From the NCBI RefSeq assembly GCF_030013595.1, contig NZ_CP122768.1: 64,000 nt of DNA; one strand, written 5' to 3'. The translations under genes were made by a program, and so were the position numbers. Positions 1 to 9,281 of this stretch are shown here, piece by piece. How positions within the stretch are numbered: the first letter of the stretch is position 1; each line of letters starts with the position of its first letter. The notes under the pieces were generated by a model. It was not told the origin of the DNA and searched no databases. It was given only the letters and a program-made list of their open reading frames with translations. The DNA is from Escherichia coli (GTDB lineage Bacteria; Pseudomonadota; Gammaproteobacteria; Enterobacterales; Enterobacteriaceae).

Positions 1-59
1 GTCACTAGCGAAAGGGGAGTTAGGTCACCATTACCGCTTCGGCTGGCTGGAGGGGAACA

Positions 60-923
60 ATGGCAAATCGTAAACGTGACGCCGGGCGCGAGGCGCTGGA
101 GAAAAAAGGCTGGTGGCGCAGCCACCGTTGGCTGGTGTTACGTCGCCTTTGTCAGTTCTTCGTGCTGGGGATGTTTTTGAGCGGTCCGTGGTTTGGTGTG
201 TGGATCTTGCACGGCAACTACAGCAGTAGCCTGTTATTCGACACCGTTCCGCTGACCGATCCGCTGATGACGCTGCAAAGTCTTGCCAGCGGTCATCTGC
301 CTGCCACGGTGGCGTTGACCGGTGCGGTAATTATCACCGTGCTCTACGCGCTGGCAGGAAAGCGATTATTTTGCAGCTGGGTCTGCCCGCTGAACCCGAT
401 TACCGACTTAGCGAACTGGTTACGCAGGCGCTTTGACCTCAATCAGTCTGCGACGATCCCTCGCCACATTCGCTACGTGCTGTTGGTGGTCATTCTGCTG
501 GGATCGGCCTTAACCGGCACGCTCATCTGGGAATGGATCAACCCCGTTTCCCTGATGGGGCGCAGTCTGGTAATGGGATTCGGCAGCGGCGCGCTGCTTA
601 TTCTCGCGCTGTTTTTATTTGATCTACTGGTCGTTGAACACGGCTGGTGCGGGCACATTTGTCCGGTTGGCGCGCTGTATGGCGTGCTGGGTAGCAAAGG
701 TGTCATTACCGTTGCGGCCACCGATCGGCAGAAATGTAACCGCTGTATGGATTGTTTTCATGTTTGCCCGGAACCGCATGTGCTACGTGCCCCGGTGCTG
801 GATGAACAAAGCCCGGTGCAGGTCACCAGCCGCGATTGCATGACGTGCGGTCGCTGCGTGGATGTCTGTTCTGAGGATGTATTTACAATAACTACACGAT
901 GGAGTTCGGGAGCGAAATCATGA
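60..923 (+). CDS. napH: Ferredoxin-type quinol dehydrogenase subunit NapH (periplasmic nitrate reductase system)
   Basis: 287-aa ORF with C-terminal paired 4Fe-4S cysteine clusters (CxxCxxCxxxCP) and predicted TM helices; sits directly upstream of napB-napC-ccm. Bases 1-59 are probably the 3' end of napG. Confidence 0.9.
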   Translation: MANRKRDAGREALEKKGWWRSHRWLVLRRLCQFFVLGMFLSGPWFGVWILHGNYSSSLLFDTVPLTDPLMTLQSLASGHLPATVALTGAVIITVLYALAGKRLFCSWVCPLNPITDLANWLRRRFDLNQSATIPRHIRYVLLVVILLGSALTGTLIWEWINPVSLMGRSLVMGFGSGALLILALFLFDLLVVEHGWCGHICPVGALYGVLGSKGVITVAATDRQKCNRCMDCFHVCPEPHVLRAPVLDEQSPVQVTSRDCMTCGRCVDVCSEDVFTITTRWSSGAKS

Positions 924-1369
924 AAAGCCATGACCTGAAGAAAGCGCTGTGTCAATGGACGGCGATGCTGGCCCTGGTGGTGAGCGGCGCGGTTTGGGCG
1001 GCTAATGGCGTCGATTTTAGCCAGTCGCCGGAAGTATCCGGGACGCAGGAAGGGGCCATTCGGATGCCAAAAGAGCAGGATCGGATGCCGCTGAACTATG
1101 TGAATCAGCCGCCAATGATCCCGCATAGCGTTGAAGGTTATCAGGTAACGACCAATACCAACCGCTGCTTGCAGTGCCACGGTGTCGAAAGCTATCGCAC
1201 CACTGGCGCGCCGCGCATCAGTCCTACTCACTTTATGGACAGCGACGGCAAAGTGGGCGCGGAAGTGGCTCCGCGTCGTTATTTCTGTCTGCAATGTCAC
1301 GTACCGCAGGCCGATACCGCGCCAATCGTGGGGAATACCTTTACCCCGTCAAAAGGTTACGGGAAATAA
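920..1369 (+). CDS. napB: Periplasmic nitrate reductase dihaem cytochrome c subunit NapB
   Basis: Signal peptide, two CxxCH haem motifs (CLQCH, CLQCH); start trimmed to MKSHDLKK (149 aa) inside the 899..1369 ORF. Confidence 0.9.
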   Translation: MKSHDLKKALCQWTAMLALVVSGAVWAANGVDFSQSPEVSGTQEGAIRMPKEQDRMPLNYVNQPPMIPHSVEGYQVTTNTNRCLQCHGVESYRTTGAPRISPTHFMDSDGKVGAEVAPRRYFCLQCHVPQADTAPIVGNTFTPSKGYGK

Positions 1370-1378
1370 GAGGTTATT

Positions 1379-1981
1379 ATGGGAAATTCTGACCGTAAGC
1401 CTGGTCTGATTAAGCGCCTGTGGAAATGGTGGCGTACTCCCAGCCGTCTGGCGCTGGGGACGCTGCTGTTGATCGGCTTTGTTGGCGGCATCGTCTTCTG
1501 GGGCGGCTTTAACACCGGGATGGAAAAAGCCAATACCGAAGAGTTCTGCATTAGCTGCCACGAAATGCGTAACACGGTGTATCAGGAATACATGGATTCC
1601 GTGCACTACAACAACCGTAGCGGCGTTCGTGCGACCTGTCCGGATTGTCACGTTCCGCACGAGTTTGTGCCGAAGATGATACGCAAGCTCAAAGCAAGTA
1701 AAGAGCTGTATGGTAAAATTTTTGGCGTTATTGACACGCCGCAGAAATTTGAAGCTCATCGCCTGACGATGGCACAGAATGAGTGGCGGCGCATGAAGGA
1801 CAATAACTCGCAGGAGTGCCGTAACTGTCACAACTTCGAGTATATGGATACAACCGCCCAGAAATCGGTTGCCGCGAAGATGCATGACCAGGCGGTGAAA
1901 GATGGGCAAACCTGTATTGATTGCCATAAAGGGATAGCGCACAAGCTGCCCGATATGCGCGAAGTCGAGCCAGGTTTTTAA
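1379..1981 (+). CDS. napC: Tetrahaem cytochrome c quinol dehydrogenase NapC (NapC/NirT family)
   Basis: 200-aa ORF, N-terminal TM anchor, four CxxCH motifs (CISCH, CPDCH, CRNCH, CIDCH). Confidence 0.9.
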   Translation: MGNSDRKPGLIKRLWKWWRTPSRLALGTLLLIGFVGGIVFWGGFNTGMEKANTEEFCISCHEMRNTVYQEYMDSVHYNNRSGVRATCPDCHVPHEFVPKMIRKLKASKELYGKIFGVIDTPQKFEAHRLTMAQNEWRRMKDNNSQECRNCHNFEYMDTTAQKSVAAKMHDQAVKDGQTCIDCHKGIAHKLPDMREVEPGF

Positions 1982-1993
1982 CAGGGTTATTGC

Positions 1994-2617
1994 GTGGGTA
2001 TGCTTGAAGCCAGAGAGTTACTTTGCGAGCGGGATGAACGAACCTTATTTAGTGGCTTGTCATTTACGCTGAACGCAGGAGAGTGGGTACAAATCACCGG
2101 TAGCAACGGCGCGGGGAAGACAACGCTTCTCCGTTTGCTGACGGGGTTGTCTCGCCCTGATGCGGGTGACGTTCTCTGGCAAGGGCAGCCCTTGCATCAG
2201 GTACGCGACAGCTACCATCAAAACCTGTTATGGATAGGCCATCAGCCGGGGATCAAAACCCGGCTGACGGCGTTAGAAAATCTGCACTTTTATCATCGCG
2301 ATGGCGATACCGCACAATGTCTGGAAGCCCTGGCGCAGGCCGGGCTTGCCGGATTCGAAGATATTCCGGTAAATCAACTTTCTGCCGGGCAACAACGCCG
2401 CGTCGCTTTAGCGCGTCTGTGGCTAACCCGTGCCACGTTATGGATCCTCGACGAGCCTTTTACCGCGATTGACGTTAACGGCGTCGATCGTCTGACCCAG
2501 CGTATGGCGCAGCATACGGAGCAGGGGGGGATTGTGATTCTGACTACCCACCAGCCGCTCAACGTTGCTGAAAGTAAAATTCGCCGCATTTCACTGACGC
2601 AAACGAGGGCCGCATGA
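1994..2617 (+). CDS. ccmA: Haem exporter ATP-binding protein CcmA
   Basis: 207 aa, Walker [13 protein letters not shown] signature LSAGQQRR; first gene of the ccm cluster. Confidence 0.9.
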   Translation: MGMLEARELLCERDERTLFSGLSFTLNAGEWVQITGSNGAGKTTLLRLLTGLSRPDAGDVLWQGQPLHQVRDSYHQNLLWIGHQPGIKTRLTALENLHFYHRDGDTAQCLEALAQAGLAGFEDIPVNQLSAGQQRRVALARLWLTRATLWILDEPFTAIDVNGVDRLTQRMAQHTEQGGIVILTTHQPLNVAESKIRRISLTQTRAA

Positions 2618-3276
2618 TGTTCTGGCGCATTTTCCGTCTTGAGCTGCGCGTAGCGTTTCGCCATAGCGCCGAAATCGCCAACCCGCTGTGGTTCTTCCTG
2701 ATTGTCATTACCCTTTTTCCGCTCAGTATCGGTCCGGAGCCGCAACTGCTGGCGCGTATTGCGCCGGGCATTATCTGGGTTGCTGCGCTGCTTTCATCCT
2801 TGCTGGCACTGGAGCGTCTGTTCCGTGACGATTTGCAGGACGGCAGTCTTGAACAATTGATGTTGTTGCCGTTACCCTTGCCCGCCGTTGTGCTGGCGAA
2901 GGTGATGGCGCACTGGATGGTAACCGGTCTGCCGTTACTTATCCTTTCGCCCCTGGTAGCAATGCTACTGGGAATGGATGTTTATGGCTGGCAAGTGATG
3001 GCGCTGACGCTACTGCTGGGAACGCCTACGCTTGGCTTTCTCGGAGCACCGGGCGTGGCGCTGACAGTGGGACTTAAGCGCGGTGGTGTGCTGCTCAGCA
3101 TTCTCGTATTACCGCTGACTATCCCATTACTCATCTTTGCCACCGCCGCGATGGACGCGGCTTCTATGCATTTGCCCGTTGATGGGTATCTGGCAATTTT
3201 AGGCGCGTTGCTGGCAGGCACCGCGACATTAAGTCCTTTTGCGACGGCGGCAGCGTTACGAATCAGCATTCAATAA
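2614..3276 (+). CDS. ccmB: Haem exporter membrane protein CcmB
   Basis: 220-aa polytopic membrane protein, start overlaps ccmA stop; cluster order. Confidence 0.9.
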
Positions 3277-3317
3277 CGCTGGATTACTGATTTTTGTTCG
3301 AGTCTGGTATCGAAACT

Positions 3318-4055
3318 ATGTGGAAAACACTGCATCAACTGGCGATCCCACCACGGCTGTATCAAATCTGTGGCTGGTTTATACCGTGGCTGGCAATTGC
3401 CAGTGTGGTCGTGCTTACCGTCGGCTGGATCTGGGGATTCGGCTTTGCTCCGGCTGATTATCAGCAGGGAAATAGCTACCGCATTATCTACCTGCATGTG
3501 CCTGCGGCGATCTGGTCGATGGGCATTTATGCATCAATGGCGGTGGCGGCTTTTATTGGCCTTGTCTGGCAGATGAAAATGGCCAACCTGGCGGTGGCGG
3601 CGATGGCCCCCATTGGTGCCGTGTTTACCTTTATTGCCCTGGTTACCGGCTCTGCATGGGGAAAACCGATGTGGGGCACCTGGTGGGTATGGGATGCACG
3701 CCTGACTTCTGAACTGGTGCTGCTGTTTCTGTATGTTGGTGTAATTGCCCTGTGGCACGCCTTCGACGACCGCCGTCTGGCGGGCCGTGCGGCAGGTATT
3801 CTGGTGCTGATTGGCGTGGTGAATCTGCCGATTATTCATTACTCCGTGGAGTGGTGGAACACCCTGCATCAGGGATCAACGCGGATGCAGCAAAGTATCG
3901 ATCCGGCGATGCGTTCGCCGCTGCGCTGGTCGATTTTTGGCTTCCTGCTGCTGTCTGCCACGCTGACGCTGATGCGGATGCGTAATTTAATTTTGCTGAT
4001 GGAAAAACGCCGTCCGTGGGTGAGTGAACTGATACTGAAAAGAGGCCGTAAATGA
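3318..4055 (+). CDS. ccmC: Haem exporter protein CcmC
   Basis: Membrane protein with WGxxWxWD tryptophan-rich motif (WGTWWVWDARL); start trimmed to MWKTLHQ. Confidence 0.9.
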   Translation: MWKTLHQLAIPPRLYQICGWFIPWLAIASVVVLTVGWIWGFGFAPADYQQGNSYRIIYLHVPAAIWSMGIYASMAVAAFIGLVWQMKMANLAVAAMAPIGAVFTFIALVTGSAWGKPMWGTWWVWDARLTSELVLLFLYVGVIALWHAFDDRRLAGRAAGILVLIGVVNLPIIHYSVEWWNTLHQGSTRMQQSIDPAMRSPLRWSIFGFLLLSATLTLMRMRNLILLMEKRRPWVSELILKRGRK

Positions 4056-4261
4056 CCCCTGCATTTGCTTCCTGGAATGAATTTTTCGCAATGGGCGGTT
4101 ACGCCTTTTTTGTCTGGCTGGCGGTGGTGATGACCGTTATTCCGCTGGTGGTTTTGGTCGTGCACTCGGTGATGCAGCATCGCACAATTCTGCGTGGTGT
4201 GGCGCAACAGCGGGCGCGTGAGGCGCGTTTACGTGCTGCGCAACAGCAGGAGGCTGCATGA
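4052..4261 (+). CDS. ccmD: Haem exporter protein CcmD
   Basis: 69-aa single-TM protein, overlapping starts and stops within the ccm operon. Confidence 0.85.
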
Positions 4262-4737
4262 ATATTCGCCGTAAAAACCGCTTGTGGATTGCCTGTGCTG
4301 TGTTGGCAGGTTTGGCGCTGACCATCGGTCTGGTGCTGTATGCGCTGCGCTCGAATATCGATCTCTTTTATACGCCGGGGGAAATTCTCTACGGCAAGCG
4401 TGAAACTCAGCAGATGCCGGAAGTCGGTCAGCGTCTGCGCGTTGGCGGGATGGTGATGCCGGGTAGCGTGCAGCGCGATCCCAATTCGCTGAAAGTGACC
4501 TTCACCATTTACGATGCTGAAGGCTCAGTGGATGTTTCTTACGAAGGCATTTTGCCGGATCTGTTCCGTGAAGGGCAGGGCGTTGTGGTGCAGGGCGAGC
4601 TGGAAAAAGGCAATCATATCCTCGCGAAAGAAGTGCTGGCGAAACATGATGAAAACTACACGCCGCCAGAAGTTGAGAAAGCGATGGAAGCTAACCACCG
4701 TCGCCCGGCGAGTGTTTATAAGGACCCAGCATCATGA
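4258..4737 (+). CDS. ccmE: Cytochrome c-type biogenesis haem chaperone CcmE
   Basis: 159 aa, N-terminal TM anchor, OB-fold haem chaperone; operon position. Confidence 0.9.
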
Positions 4738-6677
4738 TGCCAGAAATTGGTAACGGGCTGCTGTGCCTGGCGTTAGGGATTGCGCTGCTGCTGTCCGTGT
4801 ATCCGCTATGGGGCGTGGCGCGCGGAGATGCGCGCATGATGGCGTCTTCCCGCTTGTTTGCCTGGCTGCTGTTTATGTCTGTGGCTGGCGCATTTCTGGT
4901 ACTGGTCAATGCCTTCGTGGTCAACGACTTTACCGTCACCTATGTTGCCAGCAACTCCAATACCCAGCTTCCGGTGTGGTATCGCGTGGCGGCTACCTGG
5001 GGCGCGCATGAAGGCTCGCTCCTGCTGTGGGTGCTGCTGATGAGCGGCTGGACCTTTGCGGTGGCGATTTTTAGTCAGCGTATTCCGCTGGATATTGTGG
5101 CCCGTGTATTGGCGATAATGGGGATGGTCAGTGTCGGCTTTTTGCTGTTCATTCTCTTTACCTCTAACCCGTTCTCACGCACGTTGCCGAACTTCCCGAT
5201 TGAAGGTCGCGATCTTAACCCGCTGTTGCAGGATCCGGGCCTGATCTTCCATCCGCCTCTGCTCTATATGGGGTACGTCGGTTTCTCGGTGGCGTTTGCT
5301 TTCGCCATTGCTTCTTTGTTGAGTGGGCGTCTGGACAGCACCTATGCGCGTTTTACCCGCCCGTGGACGCTGGCGGCGTGGATCTTCCTGACGCTCGGCA
5401 TCGTGCTCGGTTCCGCATGGGCCTATTACGAACTCGGCTGGGGTGGCTGGTGGTTCTGGGATCCGGTAGAAAACGCCTCGTTTATGCCGTGGCTGGTGGG
5501 GACTGCGCTGATGCACTCACTGGCGGTCACTGAACAACGCGCCAGCTTCAAAGCGTGGACATTACTGCTGGCAATCAGTGCCTTCTCGTTGTGTCTGTTG
5601 GGGACTTTCCTCGTGCGTTCCGGCGTGCTGGTATCGGTACACGCGTTTGCGTCTGATCCGGCGCGCGGTATGTTTATCCTCGCCTTTATGGTGCTGGTGA
5701 TTGGTGGTTCGCTGCTGCTGTTTGCCGCGCGTGGACACAAAGTTCGCTCACGCGTAAACAATGCGCTGTGGTCGCGGGAATCTCTGCTGTTAGCGAACAA
5801 CGTTTTGCTGGTCGCCGCGATGCTGGTGGTATTACTGGGGACGCTGCTGCCGCTGGTGCACAAGCAACTGGGACTGGGCAGTATTTCGATTGGCGAACCG
5901 TTCTTCAACACCATGTTTACCTGGCTGATGGTGCCGTTTGCGCTGCTGCTTGGTGTCGGTCCTCTGGTGCGCTGGGGGCGCGATCGCCCACGTAAAATCC
6001 GCAATTTATTGATTATCGCCTTCATCTCAACGCTGGTGCTGTCGCTGCTGCTGCCGTGGCTGTTTGAAAGCAAAGTTGTGGCGATGACGGTGCTCGGCCT
6101 GGCAATGGCCTGCTGGATTGCGGTGCTGGCAATTGCGGAAGCTGCGCTGCGTATTTCACGTGGCACGAAAACCACCTTCAGTTATTGGGGAATGGTGGCG
6201 GCTCACCTGGGGCTGGCAGTGACAATTGTTGGTATTGCCTTTAGCCAGAACTATAGCGTTGAGCGTGATGTGCGCATGAAGTCCGGCGATAGTGTCGATA
6301 TTCATGAATATCGCTTCACCTTCCGTGATGTCAAAGAGGTGACTGGCCCGAACTGGCGTGGCGGTGTGGCGACTATCGGCGTAACGCGCGATGGCAAGCC
6401 GGAAACGGTGCTGTATGCGGAAAAACGTTATTACAACACTGCCGGGTCGATGATGACCGAAGCGGCGATTGACGGTGGCATCACGCGTGACCTGTACGCC
6501 GCGCTCGGTGAAGAGCTGGAAAACGGCGCGTGGGCCGTGCGTCTTTACTACAAACCATTTGTTCGCTGGATTTGGGCGGGCGGGCTGATGATGGCGTTGG
6601 GCGGACTGCTGTGTCTGTTTGATCCTCGCTATCGTAAGCGCGTGAGCCCGCAAAAAACTGCGCCGGAGGCTGTATGA
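4734..6677 (+). CDS. ccmF: Cytochrome c-type biogenesis haem lyase subunit CcmF
   Basis: 647-aa polytopic membrane protein with tryptophan-rich [12 protein letters not shown] motif. Confidence 0.9.
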
Positions 6678-7231
6678 AGCGCAAAGTATTGTTAATTCCG
6701 TTGATTATCTTCCTGGCGATTGCCGCGGCGCTGCTGTGGCAGCTGGCGCGTAATGCCGAAGGGGATGATCCGACCAATCTGGAATCGGCGCTCATTGGCA
6801 AGCCGGTGCCGAAGTTTCGCCTCGAATCACTGGACAATCCGGGGCAGTTTTATCAGGCGGATGTGCTGACTCAGGGCAAACCAGTGCTGCTTAACGTCTG
6901 GGCGACCTGGTGTCCGACCTGCCGTGCGGAACATCAATATCTGAATCAGCTTTCTGCGCAGGGCATCCGCGTGGTCGGCATGAACTATAAAGACGATCGC
7001 CAGAAGGCAATCAGCTGGCTGAAAGAGCTGGGCAATCCTTACGCGCTAAGCCTGTTTGATGGCGATGGCATGTTAGGGCTGGATCTCGGTGTCTATGGCG
7101 CGCCGGAAACGTTCCTCATCGACGGCAACGGCATCATTCGCTATCGCCATGCGGGCGATCTCAATCCTCGCGTCTGGGAAGAAGAGATCAAGCCGCTATG
7201 GGAGAAATACAGTAAGGAGGCCGCACAATGA
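6674..7231 (+). CDS. ccmG: Thiol:disulfide interchange protein CcmG/DsbE
   Basis: 185 aa, thioredoxin-fold active site WCPTC, membrane anchor. Confidence 0.9.
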   Translation: MKRKVLLIPLIIFLAIAAALLWQLARNAEGDDPTNLESALIGKPVPKFRLESLDNPGQFYQADVLTQGKPVLLNVWATWCPTCRAEHQYLNQLSAQGIRVVGMNYKDDRQKAISWLKELGNPYALSLFDGDGMLGLDLGVYGAPETFLIDGNGIIRYRHAGDLNPRVWEEEIKPLWEKYSKEAAQ

Positions 7232-8280
7232 GGTTTTTATTGGGCGTGCTGATGCTGATGATCTCCGGCTCAGCGCTGGCGACCATCGACGTGTTGCAGT
7301 TTAAGGATGAAGCGCAGGAGCAGCAGTTCCGCCAACTCACTGAAGAACTGCGCTGCCCGAAATGCCAGAACAACAGCATTGCCGATTCCAACTCGATGAT
7401 TGCCACCGACCTGCGCCAGAAAGTGTACGAACTGATGCAGGAAGGTAAAAGTAAGAAAGAGATTGTCGATTATATGGTGGCGCGTTACGGCAACTTCGTC
7501 ACTTACGATCCGCCGTTAACGCCGCTGACCGTGCTGCTGTGGGTACTTCCGGTAGTGGCTATTGGCATTGGCGGTTGGGTCATTTACGCCCGTTCGCGGC
7601 GTCGGGTACGCGTGGTGCCGGACGTGTTTCCTGAACAAAGCGTGCCGGAAGGCAAGCGTGCCGGATATGTTGTTTATCTGCCGGGTATTGTGGTGGCGTT
7701 AATTGTGGCTGGCGTCAGCTACTACCAGACGGGCAATTATCAGCAGGTGAAAATCTGGCAGCGGGCCACGGCACAGGCTCCGGCGTTACTGGACAGGGCG
7801 CTGGATCCGAAAGCCGATCCGCTCAACGAAGAAGAGATGTCGCGCCTGGCGCTGGGGATGCGTACTCAACTGCAAAAAAATCCGGGAGATATAGAAGGCT
7901 GGATTATGTTGGGCCGCGTTGGCCTGGCGCTGGGTAACGCCAGTATCGCCACCGATGCATACGCTACTGCGTATCGCCTCGATCCGAAAAACAGCGATGC
8001 TGCACTGGGATACGCTGAAGCGTTGACACGTTCATCTGATCCCAACGACAACCGCCTCGGCGGTGAACTGCTACGTCAGCTGGTGAGAACGGATCATAGT
8101 AATATCCGTGTGTTAAGCATGTATGCGTTTAATGCCTTTGAGCAGCAGCGATTTGGCGAAGCCGTTGCCGCGTGGGAGATGATGTTGAAACTCTTACCTG
8201 CCAACGATACTCGCCGTGCGGTGATTGAACGTAGTATCGCGCAGGCGATGCAACATTTGTCGCCGCAGGAGAGTAAATAA
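7228..8280 (+). CDS. ccmH: Cytochrome c-type biogenesis protein CcmH (fused CcmH/CcmI, TPR C-terminal domain)
   Basis: 350 aa, N-terminal LRCPKCQ motif, C-terminal TPR-like repeats. Confidence 0.9.
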   Translation: MRFLLGVLMLMISGSALATIDVLQFKDEAQEQQFRQLTEELRCPKCQNNSIADSNSMIATDLRQKVYELMQEGKSKKEIVDYMVARYGNFVTYDPPLTPLTVLLWVLPVVAIGIGGWVIYARSRRRVRVVPDVFPEQSVPEGKRAGYVVYLPGIVVALIVAGVSYYQTGNYQQVKIWQRATAQAPALLDRALDPKADPLNEEEMSRLALGMRTQLQKNPGDIEGWIMLGRVGLALGNASIATDAYATAYRLDPKNSDAALGYAEALTRSSDPNDNRLGGELLRQLVRTDHSNIRVLSMYAFNAFEQQRFGEAVAAWEMMLKLLPANDTRRAVIERSIAQAMQHLSPQESK

Positions 8281-8284
8281 TAAG

Positions 8285-8318
8285 AGGCCCGATGGTGATG
8301 CCATCGGGCTATTTTTAT
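8285..8318. terminator. Bidirectional rho-independent terminator between convergent ccmH and narP
   Basis: Hairpin GCCCGATGG...CCATCGGGC followed by a T-run. Confidence 0.6.
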
Positions 8319-8962
8319 TGTGCCCCGCGTTGTTGCAGGAACAGAATGGTGGCCGCCACGCGTGAGCGGACATTGAGTTTACGCAGCAGATTGCGAATGT
8401 GTACTTTTACTGTCTGCTCGGAAATATTCAACACCGAGGCAATCTGTTTATTTGACAGCCCCTGTGCCAGCTCGTGCAGAACATCCAGCTCGCGCTCCGT
8501 CAGCACGCTGAAGGGATCTTCTTCTGCTCCAAACATTTCACGTTCACGTAAGTACTGATTGACGCGTTCGCTAAAGACTTTGCTGCCTTTCGCTCCGGCA
8601 CGAATCGCTTCCAGCAACACTTCCGGGTCGCTATCTTTCAACAGATAACCGTCTGCGCCTGCGTCTATCAGCGCAAAGACATCGCTGGAGGCATCTGATA
8701 CGGTCAGGATAATAATTTGCGCGGTAACGCCATCCCTGCGCAAGGCATTGAGGGTATCCAGGCCACTCATACCTTTCATATTGAGATCCAGCAAGATCAC
8801 GTCGATATCCAGTCTATTCGCCAGATCGATCGCGCTCGCGCCGTCGCCCGCTTCGGCGACCACTTCAAAGCCAGGATCAAGCTCCAGTAACTGACGAACA
8901 CCGCGTCGCATAAGTGGATGATCATCCACAATCATCACCTGAAAAGGCGTTGCTTCAGGCAT
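8315..8962 (-). CDS. narP: Nitrate/nitrite response regulator NarP (LuxR/FixJ family)
   Basis: Receiver domain (MIVDDHPLMRRG) plus C-terminal LuxR-type HTH; start trimmed to MPEATPF (215 aa). Confidence 0.9.
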   Translation of the reverse strand: MPEATPFQVMIVDDHPLMRRGVRQLLELDPGFEVVAEAGDGASAIDLANRLDIDVILLDLNMKGMSGLDTLNALRRDGVTAQIIILTVSDASSDVFALIDAGADGYLLKDSDPEVLLEAIRAGAKGSKVFSERVNQYLREREMFGAEEDPFSVLTERELDVLHELAQGLSNKQIASVLNISEQTVKVHIRNLLRKLNVRSRVAATILFLQQRGAQ

Positions 8963-9281
8963 AGTAGTCTCCTGAGGTTTTATTAGAATCATTATGTTTG
9001 AGCGTAGCGTTGGTAACGCTACCAGGCGCGTGAATGTTACCCCATTTTATGTATGGACATGTAGCGAAAACTACAACCTTGTCGTTCGCTTTGGCATCAC
9101 TTTCATTATAAAGACGGAATTTTGCATCAGCTTCTCATCAAGAAAAACAACTAAAAAATCAATCACAATACTTGTGCATTTCTTTAAACAGTTTTTAAAA
9201 ACTGACTCCGGGTATGGAGCTATGGGTATTTTCTCTACCCAATGCTTTTAACAGCAATTAATTTCATAGGATGAAAGCTCA

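Noticed and set aside
5426-6175. 249-aa antisense ORF inside ccmF and similar long antisense ORFs (e.g. 47025-47735 inside fruA, 10971-11441 inside yejO)
   Set aside because: They lie entirely within well-supported genes on the opposite strand, are Ser/Arg/Ala-rich as expected for antisense reading of GC-rich coding DNA, and lack start signals.
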